Shown here: positions 23,126 through 37,569 of the stretch, in pieces | Position numbering within the stretch: the first letter of the stretch is position 1 | How the letters are laid out: each line of letters begins with the position of its first letter | Assembly: GCF_963921235.1 (NCBI RefSeq) | Contig: NC_086097.1 | Location: 55,368,001 to 55,432,000, forward strand | Reading direction: 5' to 3' | DNA length: 64,000 bases | Source of the DNA: Mobula hypostoma | Taxonomy: Eukaryota | Notes under the pieces: model-generated | Database searches by the model: none | What the model was told of the DNA's origin: nothing | Seen by the model: the letters and a program-made list of their open reading frames with translations, nothing else | Made by a program: the position numbers and the translations under genes

Positions 23126-23439
23126 ACTGGAGGGCACTCTTTCAGCTTGGCAACTGAAACTATATCATTTCATTTGGGTGTTTTTTAGAAACCTATTTAT
23201 CCTTCTGATTTAATGACTGATTCTAATATGCTGCTTTTCCATCCTTTGTTATCCATTCGAAATACTGTTTGCCTCTCTGTTTAACTTCCATCCATTATTT
23301 ATAATATTATTCATACTTTTGTAACCTCACAGTTTCATCATTTTGATGTCACAAACTCCTCTGATGTTGCTAATGTCAAGGATTTGATGAAAGAGATAGT
23401 AGTAGTAATGCAGTTTCACCCTCCTGGGAGTGCACATCA

Positions 23440-24085
23440 CACACAATCGCTCCTGGTCCTAGAACATGTCCTACACAGTCAGGAAAGCTTACGAATGCCT
23501 CGACTTTCTGAGGAGGCTGAACGGAGCTGGACTTCGCACAGCCGTACTCATGTCAATCTAGAGATGCATAGTAGAGAGCATCCTGAGAAGCTGCTTCACT
23601 GTTTGGTATTGAAACTGCACTATGGTGGACAGGAGGGCTCGACAACAGATGGTCAATACTGCCCAATGCAGCATCGGCACCAGCCTGCCTGCCTGCCTGC
23701 CATCAAGGGCATATGTACAAAAGGATGCTGGAAAAGGGCCAGTAACATCATGGAGGATCCCACCCACCCTGCTTGTGGACTATTTTGCCTCACTCCCATA
23801 AGAGAAGAGGCTACATAGCATCCACGCCAGTACCACCAGACTTTAAAACTGTTAGTTTTCTCAAGCAGTAAGGCTGATCAACACCTCTACCCACTAACTC
23901 CACCACTACTTTATTGTATCCTGCCAGTCACCCTATGTACAGCTCGGTGTCCCATTATGGACATACAATCAATCTATGTATATAAGCTAACCATATGTAT
24001 TTATTTATTGCATTTTTAAAATTATTACTGTTTTTCTTGTTTTTTTTTCTCTTGTGTACTGAAAATGACATTAAACAATTTTGAC
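23440..24085 (+). mobile_element. Rex1/Babar LINE 3' fragment
   Basis: CIVESILRSCFTVWY and RASNIMEDPTHP motifs. Confidence 0.75.
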
Positions 24086-24479
24086 TCGTGACTTGAATTT
24101 TGAATTGTTGTAATAGTTTATTATTTCTCGGAGCAGCTCACAAGCCACACATTTATGCCATTGGCAAAAGTCATGATCAGCAGGTCCGATTGATTGGCCG
24201 GGTGCTATCCAGGAATGATAACCAATCGTGGAAGCTGAAAACTTTCAGAGATCAGGTGGCTTGGCAGATAAAGTAAATGCAGAGGCAGGATGATTAGGGA
24301 ACTGAATGAAAGTTTGGAAGGAAATGATGACAGAGTACGCCATGTATCTAAATGATAAAGAACCACAACTGTTTGCACTTGTTTCTGAAGGTTAACGGTT
24401 GGGGGAAGGGGAGGGTTCACTTGTGAAGGAAAGGACATTTTGATTGTTCATGTCCTGCAGTGTGTAACCTTGGAGGAGT

Positions 24480-24630
24480 TGGCTAAGGAGAATGAGATGT
24501 GAAATGTGCAGCCAGGGTTGGTGGTGTTGGCAAATAGTATGGAGCAATTTAAAAGGCTCTTAGATGGGCACATGAACATGCAGAGAATGGAGGGATATGG
24601 ACCAGAGAGGATCAGTTTCATTAGTTTAAC
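24480..24630 (+). mobile_element. CR1 3' fragment
   Basis: FKRLLDGHMNMQRMEGYG, the typical CR1 ORF2 terminus. Confidence 0.65.
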
Positions 24631-25049
24631 TATTCCATTAAAGTATACTACTTCTGGACTACAATCTCTGCAATCCACAACCTGTAATTTCCATTTAAGA
24701 AATGTACTTTTCAACCGTCCAAATGATCTCTTGAAGGCATTTTTACAATCTCCTGAAGGATTTGGTGAACTGGGTTTTTGAGAATGCGGGTATGGCCATA
24801 ACCACAGCGGCCATTGCTGGAGTGGACTTCAGGCCAGATTAAGGTGTTAAAGCCTGAGAGTGGAAAACAAATTGATGTTTTGGCAATTTAAGCGTCAAGC
24901 CAGATTAAAAAGATTAAAGTGTCGAGGCCGAGAGCGGAAAATGAACCAGTGTTCAGTTCGCTACTCCATGACAGCCAAGATCCCTCACCTGAGTCTTCAC
25001 GTCTGCCTGGGTTTGACCTGTTTCCCACTCTTCTCACTACTACTATTGG

Positions 25050-25340
25050 GCGGGTGGTGTAAGAGTCTTGGGTCCCATGCCACCAGGTTCAGGTGTAGTT
25101 GTTGTCCTGTGGCCATTGGGCTCCTGGACCGGCTTCACTTTCCTCAGCACTGAATTGGCTGTGCAGCTGTGGACTCACTTTCGGGGACTCCGCAGTTCAT
25201 GCTCAATGTTTACCTTTTTTATTTTTGTATGTTTTTTTTTTGCACATTTGGATTGTGTGTGGTTTTTCATGGATTCTATTGTTTTTCTTTGTGTTGTGGC
25301 TGCCTGCAAGAAGGCGAACCTCAAGGTGGTATATGTAACT
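25050..25340 (+). mobile_element. Rex/Babar-type 3' tail
   Basis: CACCAGGTTCAGG and GCCTGCAAGAAGGCGAACCTCAAGGTGGTATATG match the tails of the other Rex copies. Confidence 0.6.
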
Positions 25341-26491
25341 TAGACCCACCATTGTGGGGCAAAGAGCTATTTTGGATGTCTTATGATCTGAATGTTGGTA
25401 TTTGAATCGGTCATGTCCTAGCCAAATGTGATGATGAACGATGAGATTAGCTGTTTACCACATTCCACAGTTTTTGGAGTGAATGAGTGAAATTTGGGAA
25501 CACTCTTGAAGCATCGACAATTGTAGATGCTGCCTGACCTGTTGAGTACCTCCTGCAGTTTGATTTTTGCTGAGTGAAGTATTGGATTTTGGTGGGAGAA
25601 GCATTGAGTGAGGAAGACAGTGAGAGATCTAGGAAGGAGAAATGGATTAAAAAGAGTAGTGAGGAAGTGTTAAAGTTTGACAACAGCCTTGCTGTTGTGG
25701 CCTGAAGAGTGGAGATTTGAGAGTAAAACTGTGAGAAAATTGTTAAAGGAAGTTAAAATATGAAATGATGGGTGACTGGTGGGTGCAATCCAGCCAGGTA
25801 TTCATTTACTCATATTCACTGGCTGGGCATTGGGAGTTAATGACAGTAGAGAGAATGAGTGTTCCTCTTCTTCCAAGGAAATGTGATTAATTGACTATGA
25901 TTTGCAGTGGAAAGCCATGGAGTCTTTGCTTTTAAGACTAGTCTTTTAGTAGATCTATATAGTTATAGATCTTAAGAAAAATTGGGGAAAATGGGATTGT
26001 GTAGTATCTTGGCCTAGTATTTCTCCCTGAATTGATGTACATAGAACAGTATACCACAGGAACAGGCCCTTTGGCTCATCATGTCCATGTCAACCATGTG
26101 GCCAATCCAAACTAATCCCTGCACAAGGTCTGATCCCTCTAATCTCTTTTCATTACGTTTATCTAAATGCCTCTTAAATGTTGCTATCATATCAGCTTGT
26201 ACTGCCTCCAGTGACAGCACCATCCAGGCCCTTAGAAAACTGAGTAAAACAAACCTTGTCTTACATGTCTTTAAACTTTCCTCTTCTCACCTTAAAATTG
26301 TGAGCTTTAGTATTTAATCTCTCCATTTTGGGGGGGGGGGAGTCTTTGACTATTTATCCCATATATGCCTCCCATAGTTTTATATATTATCAGGTCTCAT
26401 CTTCGCCTCCAACAATCTGGCAAAAACAATCCAGCCTTGTCTAATCTCATAACTAAAGATCTTGAACATCCTGGAAAATCTCATCTCATCT

Positions 26492-26634
<143 letters not shown>

Positions 26635-26913
26635 CTCCACATTTTTCCAGAATGGCATTGCATGCCAAACGTGGCCTAACAGTAGTTTGATATAACTGCA
26701 TTATGACTTCCCAACTTTTATACCCAACATCCTGACTGATGATGAGCATGCTATATGTAATCTTCACTACCTTTTCCACTTGAATTGTAACTTTCACTAA
26801 ACTATTGGCGTACACCCAAAATCCCTGTGTGCATGAAAGCTCTTGTATACATTCCTCTTGCACTTGACCTAATGCTATCTGCTGTTGCTCCATCCAGATT
26901 TCCAGATGATCTA

Positions 26914-28874
26914 AGGTGCCTATAAAAAGTATTCACCCCCCCCAAGAAGTTTTCATGTTTTATGGTTTTACAACAATGAATCACAGTGGATTTAATTTGG
27001 CTCTTTTTGACACTGATCAACAGAAAAAGACTCGTGTCAAATTGAAAAGAGATCTCTACAAAGTGATCTAAATTAAATACAAATATCAAACACAAAATAA
27101 TTGATTGCTTAAGTATTCACCACCCCCCCCCCCCTTTAATATGACACACCAAATCATCACTGGTGCAGCCAATTGGTTTCAGCAGTCACATAATGAGTTA
27201 ACTGGAGATCACCTGTGTGCAGACAAGGTGTTTCAATTGATTGTAGTAAAAATACATCTGAATCTGCAGGGTTCAACTGTAGGTGAATCAGTATCCTGGC
27301 AAAAACTACATCATGAAGACAAAAGAGCACTCCAAGCAACTCCATGAAAAGATTATTGAAACACACAAGTCATGAGATGGATACAAGGAAATTTCTAAGT
27401 CTGAATATTCCTTGGCGTACAGTGAAGTCAATCATATGGCAGAATATGATTGAATATGGCACAGCTGTAAGTTTGCCTGGAGCAAGAAACTGAGTGACCC
27501 TGCAAGAAGGGCACTTCTGAGGGGTGCCACCAAGAGACCTATGACAACTCTGGAGGAGTTACAAGCTTCAGTCGCTGAGATGGGAGAGACTGTGCATTCA
27601 ACTGTTGCCTGGGCACTTCAGCAGTCGCACCTGACTTGACAGGAAGCTCAGAGACCTCTGCTGCACCCCGCCTTGTGCAGCTGGATCCTAGTCTTCCTAA
27701 CTCATCGCCAACAGGTGGTAAGGATGTGCTCCCTCACCTCTGCCCCTCTGACCCTCTGACCCTCAACACAGGTGCACCTCAGGGTTGTGTCCTGAATCCA
27801 CTCTACTCACTTTACACACACGGCTCCAATCTGCTGATCAAATTTGCAGATGACAGTAACATTGATCAGCCTTATTTCTAGCAGTGATGAGGTAGTCTAT
27901 AGAGGAGAGGTTGACACCCCGATACAGTGGTGCCAAGATAACAACCTCTTCCTCAATGTCCAAAAAACAAACGAGCTGATTGTGGATTACAGAGAAACGG
28001 AGACAGACTCGCCCCGATCAACATCAATGGGTCTGCAGTTGAGAGGGTGAGTAGTTTCATGTTCCTCGGTATACACATCACCAAAAATCTCACCTGGACT
28101 GTACACACCGGCTTTGTGGCACAACAACGTCTCCTCCATCTCAGGCGACTGAAGAAGTTCGGTTTTGGCCCCCAAACCATTAAGACCTTCTACGGGGTCA
28201 CCATTGAAAGCATACTGACTGGCTGTATCGCTGCCTGTTATGGGAACTGCACCAACCTTGATCGCTGGGCGCTGCAGAGAGTGGTACGGACAGCCCAGTG
28301 CACCTGTAGATGAGAACTTCTCTCCATTAAGGACATTTATAGCAGCAGGTGCGGAAAGAAGGCCTGGAAGATCATTGGGGACACCAGTCACCCCAACCAT
28401 AAACTGTTTCAGCTGCTTCCATCTGGCAAACAGTACTGCAACATTAAAGCCAGGACCAACAGACTACGGGACAGTTTTTTTCTACAAGCCATTAGACGTA
28501 TAAATTTACATGTCTGTACATTGTGACAGTCATAATGCAAAGATTTTCACTCCCTCACATTGTGGGATGGATGTAAGATTTAAATAAGTTCAAATTCAAA
28601 TTGACACAGACTCGGGGTTGTAATTGCTGCCAAAGGTGCACCTATTAAATACTGACTTGAAGGGGGCGAGTAATTATGTGATCAATTATTTTGTGTTTAA
28701 TAATTGTAATACATTTAGGCCAATTTGTAGAAAATTTTTTCAATTTGACGTGAAAGAAACTTTTCTGTTGATCAATGTCAAAAAAGCCAAATTAAATCCA
28801 CTGTGATTCAATGTTGTACAGCAATAAAACATGAAAAATTCCAAGGGAAGGGTGAATACTTTTTATAGGCACTG
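26914..28874 (+). mobile_element. Internally deleted Tc1-like transposon with long IR/DR-type TIRs
   Basis: TA-(AG)GTGCCTATAAAAAGTATTCACCC ... GGGTGAATACTTTTTATAGGCACTG-TA, ~220-bp TIRs, transposase N-terminus MKTKEHSKQL and C-terminal AVIAAKG-like remnant. Same family as the copy at 62641. Confidence 0.9.
27642..28600 (+). mobile_element. Rex1/Babar LINE 3' portion inserted in the Tc1 element
   Basis: LNTGAPQGCVL, IKFADD and QQRLLHLRRLKKFG motifs; tail (TTCAAA)n; candidate TSD TTGACA at 27636-27641 and 28601-28606. Confidence 0.88.
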
Positions 28875-29302
28875 TACATCCTGTTGTATCCTTTGATAAC
28901 CTGCCCTGCTATCCACAACTCTACCAATTTCCATGTCATACGCAAACTTATCATTCTGCCAAAATTTTCATCCAAATCATTAATATGTATTACAGATAAG
29001 AGATGTCATAAATTGATACTTGCAGAATACTGCTGGCCACAGACCTGTAGTCAGAGAAACAGCCCTCTGCTTACTATGACTAAATTAGTTTTGTAAACTC
29101 ATGTAACTTAATTTTCTAGATGAGTCTATCATGAGGTTCTGTCAAAAGCATTACTGAAGTCTCTTAGATAACATTCACTGTCTTATCTTTGTCATTCCTT
29201 AAAAAACTCGGTCAACTGTGTGAGAAAGAACCTGTCCTGCACAAAACCATGTTGACTTTCCATAAGAAGTCCATGTTTTTTTTTACCTGGGTAGTTCTCC
29301 TC

Positions 29303-31722
29303 CATAATCCTGATTGCAGTTTACATATCACCAGCAGCTGACTGTGATCAAGTGCTTGAGATATTGCATGATGCCATCTCCAAACAAGAAACAGGAAATC
29401 CCAATGGATTTCATTCATAGTTGAGGTCTTTAACCAGGCTTGTTTGAAGAAAACTCTGCCCAATTACAATTACCATATAACCTGTAGCACCAGTGGTCCC
29501 AACACACTAGAGCACGGTTATTTGAAGATGAGGAATGTCTACCGTAATATGCCCGGACCGTATTTTGGTGAATCTGATCACCTGGATACCTGCATACAGG
29601 CAGAGGCAAAAGAGTAAAGTTCCAGAGGTTAGGACAACAAAGACGTGGTCATGGGAGGCAGAGGATTGCTTTGAGTCGGTGGACTGGGCCGAGCTTAAGG
29701 ACTCATCTGTGGGTCTGAATGAGTGCACCATGGTTGTCACGGACTTTATTAAACCAGTTGTAGATGAGTGTATCCCCAGAAAACAGTGTCTTCCCCAACC
29801 AGAAGCCTTAGATGAGATCTGCAAAATCTGGTGACCAAGGAAGTTACAAGAGGTCCAGGTACGATCTGTGGAAAGCCATCTCATAGATGAAGTGGCAATT
29901 CTGGACTAAACTTGAATCAGTGAAGTATGTTTGACAGTTGTGGCAGAGTTTAAATAATATCACCTCATATAAAGTTAAATCAAGGGGCACAGGTGACAAC
30001 AGGGCTTTGCTTCCAGTTGAGCTCACTGTCTTTTATGCTCACATCAACCATGGCGGTGCCATCATGAACTCCCACAGCCCCTGATGATCCTGTGATTTCA
30101 GTCTCTGAGGCTGATGTCCACGCTGCCTTCAGGGGAGTGAACCTACAAAAAACATCTAGCCGAGACGGGGTACCTGGCCAAGAACTAAAGACTTGTGTTG
30201 ATCATCCGGTAGCAGTGTTCACTGAGTCTTTAATCTCTCACTTTGGCAGTCTGAGGTACCCACCTGCTTCAAGCAGGCTTCAATTATACCGGTGCCTATG
30301 AAGAATATGATGATCTGCCTCAATGACTATCATCCAACAGCACTTACATTCACATTGATGAAGTATTTTTGAGAGGTTGGTGATGAAACATGTCAGCTCC
30401 TGCCTGAGATATGACTTGGACCCTCTTCAGTTTGCCTACTGGAGCCACAGGTCCATAGCAGGTGCCATCTCATTGGCTGTTCACTCAACTCAGCAAAGGT
30501 GCCGACATCAAGATGCACTTTATTGACTACAGCATCATCCCTTCTAAACTAATCAATAAGCTCCAAGACCTTGGCCTCAATACCTCCTTGTGCAATTGGA
30601 TCCTCAATTTCCATACTTGCGAGCCACAGTCGGTTCAGGTTGGCAACGACAGCTCCTCCACAATCTCCATCATCACAGGTGCACTATAAAACTGTGTACT
30701 TAGCCCCCTGCTGTAATTGCTTTACACTTGTGACTGTGTGGCTAAGCACAGCTCCAATGCCATATGCAAGTTTGCTGACAGCTCCACTGTCAAAGGAGGT
30801 GACGAATCAGCATATAGGAAGGGGACTGGAAATCTGGTTGAGTCATGCCATAATGACAACATCTTACTCCAGTGAAGCTAATTGCGGACTTGAAGAGGAA
30901 ACCAGAAATCCACTAGCCAGTCCGCATCTGAGAATCAGAGGAGATGAGGGTTAGCAACTGTAAATACCTAGGTGTTATTATTTTGGATGACCTGTCCTAG
31001 GCCCAGCACATAAGTGCAATTACAAAGAAAGCACAGCAATGCCTCGACTTGCTTAGGAGTTTGCGAAGATATGGCATGATATTTAAAACTTTGACAAACT
31101 TGTATAGATGTGTGGTGGAGAGACTGGCTACATCATGGCCTGGTATGAAAACAACAATGCCCTTGCATGGAAAATCATACAAAATGTAGTGGATACGGTC
31201 CAGTCCATCACTGGTAAAACCCTCCTCACCGTTGAGTACACCTACATGAAGTGATCTTGCAGGGGAGCAGCACCTATAATAGGGACCTTCAGCTCCCATG
31301 ACATGCTCGCTTCTCGCTGCTGCCATTAGGAAGAAGGTACAGGAGTCTCAGGACTCTCACCACTTGGTTCAGGATCAGTTATTACCCCTCAACCATCAAG
31401 GTCTTGAACCAAAGGGGATAACTTCACTCAATGTCACTTGCCTCATCAACAAAATGCTCCCACAACGTATGGACTCAGTTTCAAGGACTCTTCAACTCAT
31501 GTTATAGACATTTATAGCATATTCATTTTTTTCTCTATTTTCACAGTTTATTCTCTTTTGCATGCTGGTTGAACCTCCATGTTGGGGTGGCCTTTCATTG
31601 ATTCTACTATGGTTATTATTCTTTCAAGGATTTTATTGAGTATGCCTGCAAGAAAATGAATCTCTGGGTTATATGTGGTGACATGTATGTTCTTTGATAA
31701 TAAGTTCACCTTGAACTTTGAA
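29303..31722 (+). mobile_element. Long degraded Rex1/Babar LINE (endonuclease C-terminus through 3' UTR)
   Basis: LIAVYISP, FGESDH, DCFESVDW, DGVPG, LDPLQFAY, KLQDLGLNTSLCNWILNF and LTNLYRCVVE motifs; tail TTGAACTTTGAAC. Confidence 0.85.
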
Positions 31723-33139
31723 CTTTTCTCAATGTGAGTAAACCTGCCCTTACAAACCTTCAATAATTACCCTAGCTCTGATATAAATCTCACTGGCCTG
31801 CAATTTGTTCACGCTGCATTTTTTTAAAACAAAGGAACAACATTGGCTTTTCTCCAATCATTTGGGACCACCCCTGTGGCTAAAGAGGATACAAAGATCT
31901 CCATCAAGTTTCCAGCAATCTCCTCCTTTGCTTTCTTTAGTATTTTGGGATAGATTCCAACAAAAAAAAACAAGTCTAACTGGTTTTCATTTCATTGCTG
32001 TTTAATTGCTTATGAAGTATTTTGGAACACTTCTGAGAACTAGGATAAATCAGTGTAGATGTAAATATTTTCTCTGTATATGTTAAAATTGCCCTTTCTA
32101 ACATGGGGTAATTTTAACATGTACAGATTCCTGGTCTAAATCTCATTTCCAAATCGTTTCTGTTCAAACAAATTCCATTCTCTCTTTCTGCCAATGAACT
32201 GCTACTTTTGAACTAAGCTCTCTAATACTAAAGCTATAAGCTCACTAATACTAAAGCTATGATTGTTCTCTTTTCACTTATTCAGTTGTATTTTTACACA
32301 GATATCTGCTCTGGAGCATGGATGAAATGTCTTTTGAATAACCTGCATTGTTACAGGAATTTACAAAGAGATCCTTGTTTAGTAGGCTTTGAGTACCAGT
32401 ACTGTTTTTAAAAGTTTGAGGTGGAGAACTCTTCGCAAGAGTTTGAATTAATAATCCCACAGATGCTTATTTTTTCAATTCACATTACAATATCAGGACA
32501 ATATTCTTGAAGTTGCTGAGGCTGTGCAAGAAGAAATCCTTCTGAGAAAAAGAACATACATCTTTTCATCCATCGGTAGAACTTCAAAATACAGCAATAA
32601 TTTATGCAAAATGATCGGATAGATATTAATGTTACAGAACCCAACAATTAAAAAATGCCTTTCTTCATGATTACCTTCTGCCATAACAGCTCCCTGGGCT
32701 GTCTGTACGTTGCTATCTAGGGCTCTCCAGGTACTAATTTATAATGTCTTCTGAGCTCTTCCTACTGTGCATACATTTTTATAACCAACAACACATTTCT
32801 TTAATGGACAATAAATTACCAGCTCATACTTATTATACACGGTGTTAGCTGTCAACAACTTTGTGCTGGTGCTATGTTTTTGTTTAATGTAGCCCTTCCA
32901 CCCCCACTATCTGATTTAGTTTGTGCTCCCAATTCTTCTTCACTTCCTTTACACACCTCCTCTGGATCACTTGTCCTTTGGGGACAAGATAACCTGTCTG
33001 CTTTTTGCTTATCTGCTAGGTGACAAGTACATGAGGGATAGCTCATTTAATTTTCCTTCTCTCACAAGAGTTGTTGAAGCATTTGCTGCTGTACTTATGA
33101 AGACTGTCTGGAAAATGAATTAAATGAAGTTATTACATG

Positions 33140-33362
33140 CCGTCAGCCACTGGTGATCCAATTATACCATTGCTCACATCTTATCAGTTTTCTTTATCTG
33201 CTTTTGCTTGGCCTCTCTGTACCAGTCCAAACTGCTTCAGAAATGGTACTGTTGTACCTGCCTCAACCTCTTCCTCTGGCAGCTCATTCTACATAATTAT
33301 CACCCTCTGCATGAAAAACTTGCTGCTCGTGTCCCTCTTAAACCTTTCCTCACTTACCCTAA
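33140..33362 (-). mobile_element. CR1 3' fragment
   Basis: CCTGCCTCAACCTCTTCCTCTGGCAGCTCATTC..ACCCTCTGCATGAAAAACTT is homologous to 22560-22660. Confidence 0.6.
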
Positions 33363-33365
33363 CCT

Positions 33366-33660
33366 CCTCATAATCACCATCATTATGTACTGTGTCGTAC
33401 GACGAAGGCGATCATGGTCTCAGGACCATGATTGTTCTCGGCAAATTTTTCTACAGAAATGGTTTGCCATTGCCTTCTGGGCAGTGTCTTTACAAGACAG
33501 GTGACTCCAGCCATTATCAGTGATCTTCAGGTATTGTCTGCCTGGCATCAGTAGTCGCACAACCAGGATTTGTAATATGCACCACCTGCTCATGTGACCC
33601 TGATTTTGCGGGGCGGGGGGGGTTGCTAAGCAGGTGTTACACCTTGCTGAAGGGTGAAAA
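33366..33660 (-). mobile_element. RTE-related SINE or non-autonomous element
   Basis: Contains TGGTTTGCCATTGCCTTC (reverse complement GAAGGCAATGGCAAACCA), a motif typical of RTE/BovB-associated sequences, with an (ATC)-like tail. Confidence 0.5.
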
Positions 33661-36059
33661 CCCTGCCTCCCTTGCCACCTAACCCTAAGTCATTCAATTA
33701 ATTCAGAACAGAAGAGCAGTTAATCGCCATTTACCTGTCTGGTTCTGTATCTATTGATATCCTTATCTTAAAAAAAAACTTTAAATCATTGTCTCTCAGG
33801 TTCATAGCAATAGAACACCTCCTGGGTACAGGAGCTGTCAGTAATACCAGATAAAATTAGGGAAGGAAGTGCAGTGCGCAACTTCTCTAAGTGTGGTATT
33901 TTATAATTATTATATAAAATTTAAAGAACAGACGAGAACTTAAATAACTTTTCATTTGGAGAGATGAAACCCCTTGGGATTTTCCTCAGCCTCTTTATAA
34001 TGCATTAAGGAAGCAGACATTCAGGCATAGTTTGATTAGGGGAAAGCTACAATAACACTGGAACACATCCCAGCTAGGCAGAAAAGGAAAAGGGATGTTA
34101 AAGTGATACTGATGGTCAATGATGAAGCCAGCTGGAGAGACAAACAAAGCAAGGCTGCTATAAATGAATAGCTTGCATTGCTCCAGGTCATCGAATTGAG
34201 CGGCGTGTTAGTGAACAACTGGCCACTCGGGAGGTGGAAGTCATTTTCTATAAACAGAAGGGTAAATATTTTTGACATTTTCTAAACCAAGATGTTCCCC
34301 AAAGCTGTTTTTTTTTTAGACATGTCCTTGACAAAGTAGGGGCTATGGCTTCGCTTAAAATTATGTTATTTGGAGCTCTGCTAGAAAGAATGGCAAAATA
34401 TTACAAATTCACACTCCAGTATATTTTCTTTTCAAAGCCGTGCCTCACCCAGTGATATGCATAATCACTGAAATTTGAGTAGTTAGTGCTCAGCATGTCA
34501 GAACATCTTGCACTATCCCAGTTAACACAATTGCATAACGTTTTATAATTCACAAGCCCTTAATTCAAAGTATGAAATGGATAAAAATGTGCGAAATGGA
34601 TAAAAATGCAGGTTTCAGGTCGGATACAAACTGAAGAAAACAATTGAGGGAGAATTGACATTGAATATAAGAGCGACTAAAATAAATGCTGTTAGCTGAA
34701 CACAACAACGATCATTTTTATAATCCAAATATGAATGTAAATTAATTAAAGTATTTTCCATTACACTTCACTACTTAAGCATGTTCCAAAGCATTTTAAA
34801 GATAATGCAATACTATTGAAATGTCACTGCGGTAATGTGACAGTGAAGTAGCAAGCTCTAGACATGTGTCCTGCTTGTTTTAATATTTGTAGGCTTTGAA
34901 AAAATTCATATTTCATTTGATGTTGAAGTCAGTCTTTTCTGGATAACAGTTGACCTATCATTTCAGGAGTTCCCTGTGACTTTCATTTTTTGCCTAAACT
35001 AAAATTTTAAATTGTTGCTGCCAGAAAGTTGTTATTTCATTTTTACTGTATTATTTTTTTTGTTGAAGGATGTAAACAGATTTTTATCCAGTTAAAATTT
35101 CATCCATAAGTCATGGCTTGTACTTCAGATGCATGATTGATTGTTTTTTCATAGTTTAAGTCTAACCTTTTCAATTGTGAAATGGTGTTAATTTGGGGAA
35201 AAAATTCAAAGCTGAGATGTCTGATGATTTTGTATCAAAAATAACAAGCAATATTTAATGAAAACACAATTGTATTCTACCCAATAAAGTTCTCTGTCTT
35301 CACCTCAGATTTCATTTGATAACGGCATTTAAGATCTTCTAATGAACTCCAAAAGTAAGATGTCTCTGCTAACAAAATCTTGCAAATATTGCTCTACCTA
35401 ATGTTTGCTTAGTACAAAAGCATATAAAACCTAATGGAGTATGTACAAAAATTATCACTTTTGTGAAATGCTGAACCAACAGTTAAGAACTGTAGTGTGC
35501 TCTTCCTTTGAATAGGGACCATTAATTTCTGCATTTTACCTTCTGTGTAAGTTGAATGCAATTTAACAAGGTTTGGTTTTATTCATTCAGCTGATTGCAA
35601 TTAAGTCATTAGCTTTAATTTTGGTAAAAAACATTAACTGTAGGGTAAATCAAGTGCTTGCACGTTGTCTAATAAATAGTCCTTTTCTTCTTTAGCCCAC
35701 CATCCTTACTTGCACAGAGGCCACTGACAGCAGCTCACTAGAGTCCTCTTTCCTGAACCAGTCGCTCATGTTGTTCCAGGTGTAGCCCATCTTCTAGGAG
35801 GAAGATCCTCCTCCTTCCAAGGATGAGGCCCCTGGAGCCTCTATCCATGTTTCTGTAGCTCTGGGTTTTTATGGGATTGGGTTGCTAGCCATGCACAATC
35901 CTCCTCCTTTTGCATCCAGCTTGAGACCATCCATGGCAGAGTTAATACAGTGATGTAGAATTATTTTAAGACTTACTGCAACACTTGTGACTTATGGAAA
36001 CACAGACATAGTTGGTAAAGCTTCATTTTCTCTGACTAGAAGATAAACTCATCACCAAA

Positions 36060-37105
36060 CTCTCTGCACCCTGGGAGTCAATACCTCCCTCTACAACAGG
36101 ATCCTTGAATTCCTGACCATCAGACTGCAATCAGAAAGGATGGGCAGCAACACCTCTATCATATTTATTTCAAACACTGGTGTCCCCCCCCCCCCCCCCC
36201 AAGGTTATGTTTTCACCCTCCTAGTCTACTCAGTGTACACTTATGACTGTGTGGTCAAATTCTGCTCTAACTTCAAATTTATAGATAATACCACAGTAGT
36301 GGGTTGTATCTCAAATAACAGTGAGTTAGAGTACTGGAATGGAGATAGAGAGCCCAGTAAAATGTGTCATGACAACAACCTTTTTCCTCAATGTCAACAA
36401 AACAAGAGATGCCTATTGATTTCTGGAAGGGGATGTGAACAGACTTGTATCTACATCAACAGCGTTGAAGTTGAAAACTGCAAGTTCCTAGGAGTGAACA
36501 TCACCAATAGCCTGTCCTGGCCCAACTATGTAGATGCTATGGCCAAGAAATTTGACCAAAGGTTGTACTTCCTCAGGACACTGAAGGAACTTTACAGGTC
36601 CCTGTCGACCCTTACCAATTTTGATCAATGCACTATAGATAGAATTCTATATGAATGCATAAGGGCTTTGTATGGCAACTGCTCTGCATGTGACTGCAAG
36701 AAACAGCAGAGAGTTGGGGGACATGGCTCAGCACGTCACAGAAACTGACCTCCCCTCCATGGACTCTGTCTATACTCTTGCTGCCTCAGAAAAACAGCCA
36801 GGATAATCAAGGATTGCACCTATTCTCTTCCATCGTGCAAAAGATACAAAAGCGTGAAAGCGTGTACCATGAGGTTCCACCCTGCTGTTATAAGACTTGA
36901 CCTCACAATCTACCTCATTATGTTCTTGCACCTTAATGTTTACCTGCACTGCACTTTTTCTGTCGCTGTTGCACTTCATTCTGCATTAATAGTTTTAACT
37001 TGTTCTAGCTCAATGTCATATGTAATAATGTGATCTGTATGAACAGTATGCAAACAAACTTTTCACTACCTTGTGACAATAATAAACCAATTCCAGTTCC
37101 AAAAT
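36060..37105 (+). mobile_element. Rex1/Babar LINE 3' portion
   Basis: ORF 36140-36748: SNTGVP..QGYVF, KFIDNTTVVG, KFLGVNITNSLSW, QRLYFLR; tail GACAATAATAAACCAATTCCAG. Confidence 0.85.
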
Positions 37106-37430
37106 TAAATTCACAGTGAATATATCAAATGATAGGTCTGTGTAGGATTATTATACAGTAGAACTGCTATAATCCTGAACAATTTTCTGCTACAGGTCAA
37201 ACTCCAGAGCTTTCAAACGTGAATGAAACAATAAAGTCAGCATTTTTTGGTTAACTTGCTATTAACCACTTCCTATGAAGTTGAGCAGGGTCAGGTATGT
37301 TGGGAGTTGTTATTAAAACATTAGAATGACGAAATCCAACTCCATTCACAGTTAGTGTGATACTTACAATGGCGAGCCAGGCCCTGTAGAAGGATCCTGC
37401 TAAAAGCAGGAATAGGCTAACTTAACATGC

Positions 37431-37569
37431 AACACACATAAAAATTGCTGGTGAACACAGCAGGCCAGGCAGCATCTATAGGAAGAGATACAGTTGACGT
37501 TTCAGGCCAAGACCCTTCGTCAGGTGTGTTGCTTGAAATTCCAGCATCTACAGATTTCCTCGTGTTGCG
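37431..37569. mobile_element. Miniature Penelope-derived element (inverted pLTR fused directly to the sense tail)
   Basis: Minus-strand CTGACGAAGGGTCTTGGCCTGAAACGTC hammerhead core, then plus-strand tail GTGTGTTGCTTGAAATTCCAGCATCTACAG. Imperfect 13-bp TSD TAACTTAACATGC / TAACTTTATATGC. Confidence 0.8.

Noticed and set aside
32213..32260. 23-bp tandem duplication (and a 19-bp one at ~34573-34608)
   Set aside because: Real, but ordinary two-copy slippage events with no further structure.
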